The notes below the pieces were generated by a model. It searched no databases and was not told the DNA's origin. It saw nothing but the letters and a program-made list of their open reading frames with translations. This document shows, in pieces, positions 19,760 to 28,969 of a stretch of 64,000 nucleotides of DNA (its first letter is position 1; every line of letters begins with the position of its first letter). The translations under genes were made by a program, and so were the position numbers. Location: NCBI GenBank assembly GCA_964597575.1, contig CAZQXB010000001.1:128964-192963 (forward strand). Direction: 5' to 3'. Origin of the DNA: an uncultured Gammaproteobacteria bacterium (lineage in GTDB: Bacteria > Patescibacteriota > Patescibacteriia > Magasanikbacterales > UBA922).

Positions 19760-20872
19760 TTATTGGAGGGAGGAGAGGATCGTGTCGACGGCAGGCAGTA
19801 AGGGTTTAGTGCCTTTGGGGGCGGTATACCCGTGCCCCAGCGCCTCTGGTTTCTGGCCGATATAGTAAAGAAGATCAGACAGCGAGCGAGCCACAACCCC
19901 ATACCCGTGTTCAAGAATAAACTCCACATTGTGTTCTTCTTGCCCAGGAATCGGTTGAATCGCAAGGATTGGTTTTTGGAGAACGATACATTCGCTTGTG
20001 GTGAGTCCGCCTGGTTTTGTAATAATGATATCGGCCATTTTCATATAGCTTTCGAGTTCATCCGTCCAGCCAAGGGCAGTGAGATGAATGTGAGGAGGAG
20101 GAGACATGGCGTTCAGTTTTTGAGCTAGCACCGTATTTTTTCCGGCCACTGCGATAATGGTTGTTTTTTTAGGGAGACGGAACAGTGTCTCTACAATTTT
20201 TGTGAGGTCAATGAGGCCCTCTCCCCCTGAGAGAACCAAAATAGTCTGCACTTCCGGGTCATACCCATACGCCTTTTTTAGGGCGTGAGCAGAATAGGGT
20301 TCATAGAAAGAAGTATTTATGGGGATTCCAGAAACAATGATCTGAGACTCCTTTAGCCCTGCTTCAATCAGTTTGAATTGCATTTTTTCTGTGGCGACAA
20401 AGAACTGATTAATATCATTTGATACAAACAGCGCGTGTTTGTCGTAATCAGTTAAGACGAGGCTTATTGGCACCTCTTTTAAAAAGTCCGGTCGGTCATT
20501 CCCGAGGGTCTGTGTTGGTAAATAATGGGTTCCAATGATATGTGTGGGTGCATATTCCTGCACATGCCGGAGAAAGGCCTTTGTGTTTACGTGTGAGAAG
20601 CGTTTGCTTAAGCGTGACCAGTGGGAGTCCTTCTTTTCTTTATTTGTTGAATTGTAGATCAGCCCCCATACTTGCGGTGCCTGCTTAATAAGCAAAGTAT
20701 ACGAGCGAGTAAATGCTGTTTTGTAGGCTTTTGAGACGTGGTCCATCATGTCAATGTGGGTAGCCTCAATTCCGAGTGCCCGCGCACGCGCTACAATCGC
20801 TTCTGCGGCCCGTACATGACCTGCACCAACAGAAACTGACACACAGAGGATTTTCTTTTGTGGGGAAGACAT
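19760..20872 (-). CDS. Monoglycosyl-diacylglycerol synthase-like (UgtP/MGDG synthase) GT28 glycosyltransferase
   Basis: 'SVGAGHVRAAEAI', 'VLTDY', 'SGIPI', 'ITKPGGLTTSE...PIPGQEEHN'. Confidence 0.88.
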   Translation of the reverse strand: MSSPQKKILCVSVSVGAGHVRAAEAIVARARALGIEATHIDMMDHVSKAYKTAFTRSYTLLIKQAPQVWGLIYNSTNKEKKDSHWSRLSKRFSHVNTKAFLRHVQEYAPTHIIGTHYLPTQTLGNDRPDFLKEVPISLVLTDYDKHALFVSNDINQFFVATEKMQFKLIEAGLKESQIIVSGIPINTSFYEPYSAHALKKAYGYDPEVQTILVLSGGEGLIDLTKIVETLFRLPKKTTIIAVAGKNTVLAQKLNAMSPPPHIHLTALGWTDELESYMKMADIIITKPGGLTTSECIVLQKPILAIQPIPGQEEHNVEFILEHGYGVVARSLSDLLYYIGQKPEALGHGYTAPKGTKPLLPAVDTILSSLQ

Positions 20873-20944
20873 ATAATCAATTGTAACACAGGGTCTATAA
20901 ACACAAAACACCCAAATTGGGTGTTTCGCTTCGTTTTCCCCTAC

Positions 20945-21019
20945 TGGGGTGACTAACGGGAATCGAACCCGTGATAAGGGTACCACAAACCCCTGTGTTA
21001 CCTCTACACCATAGTCACC
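20945..21019 (-). tRNA. tRNA-His(GUG)
   Basis: Reverse complement folds as a cloverleaf with G-1, anticodon loop TT-GTG-GT, GGTTCGATTCC T-arm and encoded CCA. Confidence 0.95.
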
Positions 21020-21092
21020 CCGCTAGAGAAAAACTAGGCCTAGTATACACGAGAAAAGGTACGGTGTCAATGGTGTGGCTCTGTGGAAGAGG

Positions 21093-21839
21093 CTACTTTC
21101 CCATGCGTTCAAAGGCACGGAGGATTTCGAGGGGTACGGCAAAAATAATCGTATTTGATTGGTCTGAACTCACATCATTAATTGTAGAAAGCGTTCGGAG
21201 GTGAAGTGCTCCAGGAGAACTTCCTAGAATATTCGCTGCTTCTGCGATATTTTTTGCTGCCATGACCTCACCTTCAGCCTTAATAATAACCGCGCGTTTT
21301 TCACGTTCTGCCTCTGCCTGTTTCGCAATAACGCGCTGCATGTCATCGGGGAGAATAATATCTTTCAATTCAACACTTTCTACTTTAATACCCCATGGAT
21401 CTGTAGCAAGATCGACAATAGAGCGAATTTTTTTGGCCGCAGCTTCACGATTTGCGAGGAGTTCATCGAGCTCCATTTCACCAACCACGTTGCGCATGGT
21501 TGTTTGGGCCAACTGAGACACAGCGTATCCAAAGTTTTCTACTTCAAGAAATGCTCGAGCAGCATCACTTACTTTGTAGTAGATAACAGCATTAATCTTA
21601 GCCGAAACATTATCGCGAGTAATAGCCTCCTGAAGAGGAACGTCAACTGCTTTGGTGCGAATATCAACCTTGCGAAGTCCCTGAATGATCGGCAAAATAA
21701 CGTGCCAGCCTGGAGCAAGGAGCGTGGCGAACTTACCAAATTGGAATTTTACCCCACGTTCATATTGGTTCACTTGACGAATTCCAGAGATAACGATGAG
21801 TAAAACGACGAAACCAACAATTGAGATTATTTCGGGCAT
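21093..21839 (-). CDS. SPFH/stomatin (slipin) family membrane protein
   Basis: 'QYERGV.F..G', 'QEAITRDNV', 'AQTTMRNVVG..ELDELL', 'AKQAEAERE.RA'. Confidence 0.93.
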   Translation of the reverse strand: MPEIISIVGFVVLLIVISGIRQVNQYERGVKFQFGKFATLLAPGWHVILPIIQGLRKVDIRTKAVDVPLQEAITRDNVSAKINAVIYYKVSDAARAFLEVENFGYAVSQLAQTTMRNVVGEMELDELLANREAAAKKIRSIVDLATDPWGIKVESVELKDIILPDDMQRVIAKQAEAEREKRAVIIKAEGEVMAAKNIAEAANILGSSPGALHLRTLSTINDVSSDQSNTIIFAVPLEILRAFERMGK

Positions 21840-21865
21840 ATGCGAAAGAAAGAAATAATTTTTTG

Positions 21866-21937
21866 TGTCCCTGCTAGGAATCGAACCTAGATCTAGAGCT
21901 TAGAAGGCTCTCGTTCTATCCATTGAACTACAAGGAC
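21866..21937 (-). tRNA. tRNA-Arg(UCU)
   Basis: Reverse complement GTCCTTGTAGTTCAATGGATAGAACGAGAGCCTTCTAAGCTCTAGATCTAGGTTCGATTCCTAGCAGGGACA; anticodon TCT. Confidence 0.95.
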
Positions 21938-21979
21938 GTATGTAGGCTAAGAGTAGTGAATCCTGAGGCGTTTGTCAAT

Positions 21980-22981
21980 CTAGGACGACCGTGCCTTCCC
22001 ATGGAATTTCTTGTGAATATTGCGTAATTCCTTATCCGTAATGTGGGTATAGATTTGGGTTGTTGTAATAGAGGAGTGACCAAGCATAGTCTGTACACTT
22101 CGGATGTCGGCCCCATTATAGAGGAGGTCTGTGGCATAGGAGTGTCGCAGAGTGTGGGGGGAGACTCGTTTCGTAATCCCAGCAGCTTTGGCATACGAGC
22201 GAACGAGTCGTTGGATTGAGCGAACGGTGAACGGAGTATCTTCTTTTTCCATCTTTTTCCCTTTGACGAGTACTGATTTTTGCCTTCGGCTATCGTGGGA
22301 TACAAAAAGGTAAGGGTTAGGGTCAAATCGTCGGCTAAGGTACTGCTTCAGCCAATAGCGAGCTTGGTCAGAAAGGAATACGATACGTGTCTTTCTTCCT
22401 TTTCCTGTCACGGTAAACTCCTCTTTGCTAATATTGATACTCTCGCGCTTGAGATTCGCAAGTTCAGAAACACGGAGGCCCGTCGAAAAAAAGAGCTCCA
22501 GTATGGCCTTATCACGAAAAGCGATGCGCTCTTCATCAGAAACGGCCCCAGGGTCAGTGGGGGGCTTGGAATTGGCCTTTATGCCGTAGACTACAAACGG
22601 TGCCTCGAGGATTCTCTCTAAATCATTGCTCTCAAGAAAGCTCACTTCACGGTCGGGCATTTTCATGAGTTCAATTTTTTCCGGAGAAAGAGATTGAATG
22701 TCGCGTTTGGCGAGGTATTTTAAAAAGGTGCGGAGCGCAATCAAATGATAGTTCTGTGTATTCTTCTTAAGAGGGGTGCCGTGAACATCGACGAGGCGAT
22801 TTAACCACAATCGATACTTTCGTACGGCTTCATCGGTGATCGTGGCAGGGGATTTCTTCTCGCCGTGCCACTCAATAAATCGTTTTAAGTAAAAATCGTA
22901 ATTTCGTAGCGTTAAATTGCTTCGGTTTCGTTCAATTTCTAAATATTCTAAGAATTGTTGGTGTAATTTTTCGAGAATCAT
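21980..22981 (-). CDS. XerC/XerD-like tyrosine recombinase
   Basis: SAM-like N-terminus; 'TGLRVSEL', 'GKGRKTR', 'PHTLRHSYAT.LL.NGADIRSVQ.MLGH...TTQIYTH'. Confidence 0.92.
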   Translation of the reverse strand: MILEKLHQQFLEYLEIERNRSNLTLRNYDFYLKRFIEWHGEKKSPATITDEAVRKYRLWLNRLVDVHGTPLKKNTQNYHLIALRTFLKYLAKRDIQSLSPEKIELMKMPDREVSFLESNDLERILEAPFVVYGIKANSKPPTDPGAVSDEERIAFRDKAILELFFSTGLRVSELANLKRESINISKEEFTVTGKGRKTRIVFLSDQARYWLKQYLSRRFDPNPYLFVSHDSRRQKSVLVKGKKMEKEDTPFTVRSIQRLVRSYAKAAGITKRVSPHTLRHSYATDLLYNGADIRSVQTMLGHSSITTTQIYTHITDKELRNIHKKFHGKARSS

Positions 22982-23003
22982 ACAAAAATATTATACGACA
23001 TAC

Positions 23004-23032
23004 TTGACAAAACGTCAAAAATGTGCTATACT
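23004..23032 (+). promoter_or_regulatory. sigma70-type promoter divergent from xer
   Basis: TTGACA-17 nt-TATACT. Confidence 0.7.
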
Positions 23033-23153
23033 GTGTATATGAAATGCTAAAGAAAGCGAAAAAATTGTAAAAATTTTCTCGAACAAAGCAAACAAAAATA
23101 TTTTCGAGAAAAAGTCGGTCAAAAAATAATAACACAAACATAAACACACATAT

Positions 23154-23297
23154 ATGCAAGGCAAAAAATTGTCGAGTGAATCTTTGTCGTGGTCAAAAGA
23201 AAATGTAGGAACATCGTTTGTCTACTACTATCTTTGCACTGGTTTGGTCGTTGCTGTCGCAGTATTCTTATTTTTACCTCGTATTTCAGCCGGTTGA
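23154..23297 (+). CDS. Putative 47-aa single-TM small protein
   Basis: MQGKKLSSESLSWSKENVGTSFVYYYLCTGLVVAVAVFLFLPRISAG; below the ORF-track cutoff; downstream of a consensus promoter. Confidence 0.5.
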   Translation: MQGKKLSSESLSWSKENVGTSFVYYYLCTGLVVAVAVFLFLPRISAG

Positions 23298-23490
23298 TCG
23301 CCGGTTTTTTCGTCTGAATTTTTGTAAATATTATATTCTATCGGTAATATCGACCTAATATAACTGCCTGTCTATGTAAGTCGTACATCATACAAACATA
23401 CAAAGCCAAAACACAACAAAAAATCAATCGTTCTTTGAAAAAAGGTTAGAGCACTATTCATTCGTTTTATACATCTTTTAACACACACAT

Positions 23491-23598
23491 ATGAGTTTAC
23501 ACATGAAATATATTGGAGTATTGCCAATCGAAGATAACATGTTTATGTCCCTCGTTGCCCTTTTCGTTTCAATTGGGACATTTTGCGCAGTCTTGTAA
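23491..23598 (+). CDS. Putative 35-aa hydrophobic small protein
   Basis: MSLHMKYIGVLPIEDNMFMSLVALFVSIGTFCAVL, followed by hairpin AGCGGCCAA-TT-TTGGCCGCT and a T-tract. Confidence 0.4.
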   Translation: MSLHMKYIGVLPIEDNMFMSLVALFVSIGTFCAVL

Positions 23599-23696
23599 GA
23601 GAAGAATGAGCGGCCAATTTTGGCCGCTTTTCTTGTCTTAGAAGTGGGTGAGGTATATACTTAAAAAAAGAACATAACTTCTTATTTGTACGTTGT

Positions 23697-24968
23697 ATGC
23701 TCAAGTTGACAGTGGTGGCGGGTGCATTTGCCGGCTTTTTGGCGGCAAGCCCTGTTTTATCGCAGGGGGTACTTGTGGAAACAATACCGGTGGAGGCAAA
23801 TACCATGGCTACGGTTGAGGTTATAGAACAGGAATCAGCCGTTCAGGCTGAGGCTGCGGTTCAGGCAGATGTTGAAGGAGACACTTCTGCTGTGGCACCA
23901 ACGCCTGCGGCTTCTCCTACACGTCCCCCCGGTGGGCTCGGTCTCTTTTTCTTCGGACTTCGAGAGCGATTATCCATACTCACCACAGTTAATCCTATAA
24001 AAAAAGCAGAAAAGCAAGCCGCTTTTGCAGAAGAGCGTCTAAAGATTGCGGAACGTATTTTAGGTTCAAATCCGAACGAAGAGGCAAAAAATAAAGCGAA
24101 CGAAGTCATAAAACGAGCCGAAAATTTACTCTCAGCTGCAGAAAAACGAGAAGAATTTCTCAAAAATAATCCCGACGCTGCTTCATCTGCCGCCCTTCGT
24201 AATATTGCAAATAGTCAGGTGCGGGTGGGGCAGGTGCTTGATCGTATCGAGACTCGTTTACCTGAGAGTGCTCGTGAAACATTTCAAATTCGTCGTGAAT
24301 CGGTTGAAGACAAAAGTCGTGGGCTGATTCGCGCCATTCAAAATGACAATATGCCAGAGGAGGTAAAAGAGCACCTTAAGGAGGTCCAAGCCTCGATTGA
24401 GTTACGGGCAGAGGCAGCTAAAGAATTTCGCATTGAGCGCGAAGAGATTTTAAGAAAAGCCCAAGCCGGGGATGAGGCGGCTAAAAATGATCTTAAAGAG
24501 CTCTATGCTGAACGCAAGGCCACGCTCCAAGAGGTTCGAGAAGAGTATCTCGAAGCACGCGAGAGTTTAAAAGAAGCTGCAAAAAATGGAAATGCTACCG
24601 CAGAGAAGACACTAAAAGCGTTAAATAGAGTAGAAGGAATCCAAGGGGAGGTTCGTGATACGATGCGGGAAAAACAAGATGAACGTCGAGAAGAGGTAAA
24701 AGTTCGCCTCGAATCTGAGGTAAAGGCTGGGAATGTTGAGGCAGAAAAGAAGTTGGAAGTTATGCAAAAGGTGGACGACAGGCTCGACGCCCGTGATGTT
24801 CGTTTGGATGAACGTCGAGAAGAGGTAAAGCAAGTACGACCCCTTCGGGTAAAACCAGTGGAAGTGAAAAAAGAGTCATCTCTTCCGGCGGTACGAGCAA
24901 TACAGCGAGCCAAACAATTGCCGCCAATTGCTGAAGAACGAAAAGCTGGGGTTGAGGCCGAACTTTAA
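23697..24968 (+). CDS. Exported long coiled-coil protein (DUF5667-like N-terminal region)
   Basis: Signal peptide; 'GLRERLSILTT.NP.KKAEK...FAEERLK.AE'; E/K/R-rich heptads. Confidence 0.65.
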   Translation: MLKLTVVAGAFAGFLAASPVLSQGVLVETIPVEANTMATVEVIEQESAVQAEAAVQADVEGDTSAVAPTPAASPTRPPGGLGLFFFGLRERLSILTTVNPIKKAEKQAAFAEERLKIAERILGSNPNEEAKNKANEVIKRAENLLSAAEKREEFLKNNPDAASSAALRNIANSQVRVGQVLDRIETRLPESARETFQIRRESVEDKSRGLIRAIQNDNMPEEVKEHLKEVQASIELRAEAAKEFRIEREEILRKAQAGDEAAKNDLKELYAERKATLQEVREEYLEARESLKEAAKNGNATAEKTLKALNRVEGIQGEVRDTMREKQDERREEVKVRLESEVKAGNVEAEKKLEVMQKVDDRLDARDVRLDERREEVKQVRPLRVKPVEVKKESSLPAVRAIQRAKQLPPIAEERKAGVEAEL

Positions 24969-24991
24969 AAATGTCCGTCCAGGGCATAGGG

Positions 24992-25016
24992 AGCAACCCG
25001 TAAGGGTTGCTTTTTT
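24992..25016 (+). terminator. Intrinsic terminator
   Basis: AGCAACCC-GTAA-GGGTTGCT followed by a T-tract. Confidence 0.8.
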
Positions 25017-25037
25017 ACTCTAAAGTTTCTATGATAC

Positions 25038-25529
25038 GTGAGCTTTATGGATGTTTTACCAAAACTTTCTATCCTTCTTCCGAATATCCGCTCGTGCCAT
25101 AACGTTGGCGCGGTTTTTCGTACCGCCGATGCGTGTGCTTTTGATAAGGTATATTTAGGTGGTTATACGGCATGCCCACCGAAGCCGCAAATCGACAAAG
25201 TGTCGCTTGGGGCAGAAAAAGTTGTTCCCTTTGAGCACATTTCTGATGTGTCGGCATTTCTTTTTCGTTTGAAGCAGCAAGGCGTTTCTATTATTTCTCT
25301 TGAAAAGACGAACGCGAGCATCCCACTTGAAGAAGTCCCGCTTCGTGAACCAACTCTTTTAGTACTTGGTAACGAGGTGGATGGGGTATCGGATGATGTG
25401 CAATCCATTTCCGACTATGCTGCTCATATTCCCATGTATGGCATCAAAGAAAGCCTCAATGTAAGTATTGCAGCCGGTATTGCCATGTATACGCTCCGCC
25501 GTCGACTTGGGCCTCCGGACCGTGTGTGA
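25038..25529 (+). CDS. TrmH/SpoU family RNA methyltransferase
   Basis: 'NIRSCHNVGAVFRTADA', 'LVLGNEVDGV', 'IPMYG.KESLNVSIAAGI'. Confidence 0.93.
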   Translation: MSFMDVLPKLSILLPNIRSCHNVGAVFRTADACAFDKVYLGGYTACPPKPQIDKVSLGAEKVVPFEHISDVSAFLFRLKQQGVSIISLEKTNASIPLEEVPLREPTLLVLGNEVDGVSDDVQSISDYAAHIPMYGIKESLNVSIAAGIAMYTLRRRLGPPDRV

Positions 25530-25545
25530 TATACTTTTGGTATGT

Positions 25546-26250
25546 ATGGAGTACTTGTCTATCCGTCATACCATCGATATTTTCGAACGGCTCTTTCGAC
25601 GCATGCCGCCTTTGGTTCCCGAAGGTGTGGTAACCGACATGGCTGCTGCTTTGGAACAGGTTCGTTTGAATAACACGCTCACGTTGGAACAGGTGGAAGA
25701 AACGGTTCTTTTGTTTGGTAAACGTTTGTGGCCGCATCGGAAAGCGTTTGCAGAATTTGTTGCCATTTTCGATGGAGAAATGGGGGAAGAGTATTTTCGT
25801 GGGCATCTTTCACAAGCCCTTTCTAAGCGATATCAAGAATTTTTAGCCTACGGTGGCACCTATCGAGATTTGCACACCGGGCGACCCGCAGCGTTTTTTA
25901 CTTCAGAAGAGCGAGGAAAATTGTGTGAAGCGCTTGTTGCTACAGAACAAGATATCCGTACCTATGCTAGGCAAGCTGTGGTGAGTACAGACCGTTTACG
26001 ATATAAGGCTCGAGTGCGGGAATTTGCTGATATTTTGGTTGATATTGAGCGGCAGCTTGATAGTTTGCGCATGATGGCCGATTTAGAACAGGAGCATCCT
26101 GCCCTTGCCACAGAAATTCGCGCCCAAATCCGATCGTTTGAAGAGGGCCTGTGCTTTTTAGGAGAAGAAACGCGATACGAAGCCGTGTGCCAGGCGTTTG
26201 ATCATTTTACGGGAAGAAAAGTAGAGAAGAAATTGCGGGTACGCATTTAG
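25546..26250 (+). CDS. Hypothetical helical protein
   Basis: Long ORF with host-like composition; no motif recognised. Confidence 0.7.
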   Translation: MEYLSIRHTIDIFERLFRRMPPLVPEGVVTDMAAALEQVRLNNTLTLEQVEETVLLFGKRLWPHRKAFAEFVAIFDGEMGEEYFRGHLSQALSKRYQEFLAYGGTYRDLHTGRPAAFFTSEERGKLCEALVATEQDIRTYARQAVVSTDRLRYKARVREFADILVDIERQLDSLRMMADLEQEHPALATEIRAQIRSFEEGLCFLGEETRYEAVCQAFDHFTGRKVEKKLRVRI

Positions 26251-26253
26251 CAT

Positions 26254-27558
26254 TTATCCAACAACAATGTTGATCGCCTTCTCTACTCGCCGAATATCGG
26301 CGAGTAGTTTTTGTTTTTCTTTGTGAAAAAGGATGATATCGAACACACTGCTCCCGCCGTGTTTGGCAAAGCGGCAAAATTCCCCTATTTTTTTATGCGG
26401 CGCGATCGATTGGAAAGAACTCAGTTTTTGAATTTTTTTCAGACCTTGAATACTGGTGAGCTTTCCTTCTTTTTTAGCAAAAAATTTCATGGCAATGCTA
26501 TACCCTTTTATTTTTTTGGAAATGACCGGTTTCTCGCCCATACGAACGAGGATATCGTTCATGGTATGGTTAATTCCGTAGGACTTTTCATAAAGACTAT
26601 GACGAAATCCACCTATTCTTGCCCCAAGTTCAATCACTTTCCAGCCCGCTTCGGTTTTTAGAAGCTCTACATGGGCAACCGTCGAGCGAAGAGCAAGAGC
26701 ATAAATTGCTTCCTTGGCTACACTTTCTCCTTCAAGAACGCTTTTTTTTGAAAGACGGGTGGGCGTCATTTGTTTATAGCCAAAAAAGTCTTCAAACCCA
26801 ATAGATCGACCGGTCGTCACATGAACCATGGGGCAGAAATAAACCTTACCCCGGGCAGAAACGTAGGCATCAACCGAGTACATGTCTCCTTCAATAAACT
26901 GTTCAACTAAAACCTTTGGCTCCCAGTTTCCATCGGTTTTTTTGTACACACTTTTGATATGACGAAATACATGCCTGAGTGTTTTGGCTAATTCCTCCTT
27001 ATGGAAACAGAGGGTCACTAAGCGGCTTGCAGCCAGACCGGTTGGCTTCACCATAAGGGGGAAGCCAACTTTTTCCCCGATTTTTTTTAGTGATGCGTCA
27101 GAGGTGTCTTTGACAACCGTGTATTTGGGAGCGATTTTAGGGTTGTGTATACGCATGCGTCGTCGCATGAGAAGTTTATCTGATGACCAGAGAAGGGATT
27201 CGCTCGTTGGGGTGCGTAAATAAGGGACGTGGGGGATTATTTGAGATAAGAGAGGGATGTAATTTTCCCCCCGACAAGTGATAGCCACCAGTTCTCTTTC
27301 GTACGGAAGAAGTGCTTTTTGGATTGCACTTGGAGAAGAAGTGTCTACTCGAAGAACCAGATCAATTGTTTTAATTGATTCTTCTTCTTTCTGGTTAAAA
27401 GTATCTTTGTTATCTCGAAGAAGCGCAATGCGCATAGGCCGGCGTTGCTCCTTTGACCAAGTGCGAACAGCCTCAATCATCTGAGGAAATACTTTCCCTA
27501 CAAAGAGGATAATATTTTTGTCTTTTTCTGAGCCTAAAGAAGGGGATGTCTTCTTCAT
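26254..27558 (-). CDS. ATP-grasp domain protein (L-amino-acid ligase-like)
   Basis: 'DKLLMR', 'GFPLMVKP...AAS', 'VEQFIEG..YSVD', 'AHVELL.....K.IELGARIGG'. Confidence 0.85.
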   Translation of the reverse strand: MKKTSPSLGSEKDKNIILFVGKVFPQMIEAVRTWSKEQRRPMRIALLRDNKDTFNQKEEESIKTIDLVLRVDTSSPSAIQKALLPYERELVAITCRGENYIPLLSQIIPHVPYLRTPTSESLLWSSDKLLMRRRMRIHNPKIAPKYTVVKDTSDASLKKIGEKVGFPLMVKPTGLAASRLVTLCFHKEELAKTLRHVFRHIKSVYKKTDGNWEPKVLVEQFIEGDMYSVDAYVSARGKVYFCPMVHVTTGRSIGFEDFFGYKQMTPTRLSKKSVLEGESVAKEAIYALALRSTVAHVELLKTEAGWKVIELGARIGGFRHSLYEKSYGINHTMNDILVRMGEKPVISKKIKGYSIAMKFFAKKEGKLTSIQGLKKIQKLSSFQSIAPHKKIGEFCRFAKHGGSSVFDIILFHKEKQKLLADIRRVEKAINIVVG

Positions 27559-27608
27559 AAGAAAGAAAAGAATCGTGGGGTAGAGAGTAGCCTAAAAGAA
27601 GAAAACTG

Positions 27609-27896
27609 TCAACGCCGTTCCTCAGTTTTTTTAAGCCAGCCAAAATGGATTTCTACGGCTTCAATAAGAGAGCCTAAAGCCACCACCCCAAAGGTAAAGG
27701 AGAGAAAGTAGTTTGGAATAAGAAGGGTATAGGAAAGAAGCAGCAGCGCTCCGACAGCACGCATAATATCGGAGCGGTATTCAGTTTCAATAAAGATACT
27801 GTAGACCAAAAGAATGGTGCCGAGCATGCCGCCCACATACATATATACTTCCATCGCAGTCGTCGGAAGGGAAGGAAGAAGTGTTTCGAGAAACAT
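27609..27896 (-). CDS. Small multi-TM hypothetical protein
   Basis: Three hydrophobic segments; co-oriented with trxB. Confidence 0.65.
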   Translation of the reverse strand: MFLETLLPSLPTTAMEVYMYVGGMLGTILLVYSIFIETEYRSDIMRAVGALLLLSYTLLIPNYFLSFTFGVVALGSLIEAVEIHFGWLKKTEERR

Positions 27897-27949
27897 ACTC
27901 GTGATACTAAAGTGAAAGAAGGCTTCGAGTGAAGACTCTTTCTCAAAAA

Positions 27950-28915
27950 TTACATCGGTTTCCAGCGATTGATATAGTCGATAGCTGAAAGCATGGCAAT
28001 AACGCCAGTGCCGGCAGCAATGACAATTTGTTTGTAGGGAACAGAGCTTACGTCGCCAGCTGCATAGATACCCGGGATATTCGTTTCACAGCGGAGATTG
28101 ATCTCAATTTCGCCCTGAGGGTTTTTCGTGAGCCCATTCGCAAACGAGCTGTTCGGGATCATGCCCACATGAACCATAACTCCATTTGTGGTAATTTCTT
28201 TTGCTTCCCCGGTTACGGTGTCTTTGTAGCGAACCGCGGTGACGAAATCACTTCCTAAAATATCCGTGGTTTCTGCACTGTAAATAATTGTCACATTTTG
28301 ACGCTCTTTTATCTTTTTAACTAAAATCGTCTCTCCTTTTGGAAAGCCTCCCTTCGTCTCTTCGGTGTCGGGGTATTTGGTAATAAGGTAGACCTGTTTG
28401 GCAAGATCGCTCATCATGAGTGCTGATTCCAACGCCGAATTCCCAGCGCCAATAGTAGTTGTAATCTTGTTACGGTAAAGTGGTCCGTCGCATACGGTAC
28501 AGTAGGTGACCCCCTTACCCTTCAAGTCTTTTTCTCCCGGAACTCCAAGTTCGCGAGGGTGAATCCCACTGCCGATGACAATGGTTTTGGTGCGATAGAG
28601 TGCCTCTTCTCCGTTATCCTTCTTCGTCTTTAAAATATGAATATTTCCTTCTTGAAGGATTTCTGTCACATACACTCCGTTATGAATTGGTACATTATAC
28701 GATTCAACGTGTTTGTGAAATTGGGCCGCCAACTCAACCCCAGTGGTATGAATTGTTCCTGGCCAATTATCAACGTCCCCTGAAAGCGCAACTTCGCCAC
28801 CAATATCTTTTGTGACAATCACAGCATTCAACCCGCGTCGGGCAGCGTACACGGCGGCTGCAGAGCCTACGGCAGCGGCGCCAATAATAACAACATCGTA
28901 GAGCGTATCATTCAT
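27950..28915 (-). CDS. trxB: Thioredoxin-disulfide reductase family (TrxB/AhpF-like)
   Basis: 'GVTYCTVCDG' CxxC, 'GAGNSALE', 'PGIYAAGDV...YKQIVIAAG.G'. Confidence 0.88.
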   Translation of the reverse strand: MNDTLYDVVIIGAAAVGSAAAVYAARRGLNAVIVTKDIGGEVALSGDVDNWPGTIHTTGVELAAQFHKHVESYNVPIHNGVYVTEILQEGNIHILKTKKDNGEEALYRTKTIVIGSGIHPRELGVPGEKDLKGKGVTYCTVCDGPLYRNKITTTIGAGNSALESALMMSDLAKQVYLITKYPDTEETKGGFPKGETILVKKIKERQNVTIIYSAETTDILGSDFVTAVRYKDTVTGEAKEITTNGVMVHVGMIPNSSFANGLTKNPQGEIEINLRCETNIPGIYAAGDVSSVPYKQIVIAAGTGVIAMLSAIDYINRWKPM

Positions 28916-28969
28916 ATAATGAGAATAGTCGTTCTATGGTAGCAAGTGAAAAAATACCGGTCAAGAATT

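Noticed and set aside
21866-22981. Integrated element defined by tRNA-Arg plus tyrosine recombinase
   Set aside because: The enzyme looks like a housekeeping XerC/D, no duplicated tRNA 3' end (att site) was seen, and the flanking genes are not phage- or ICE-like.
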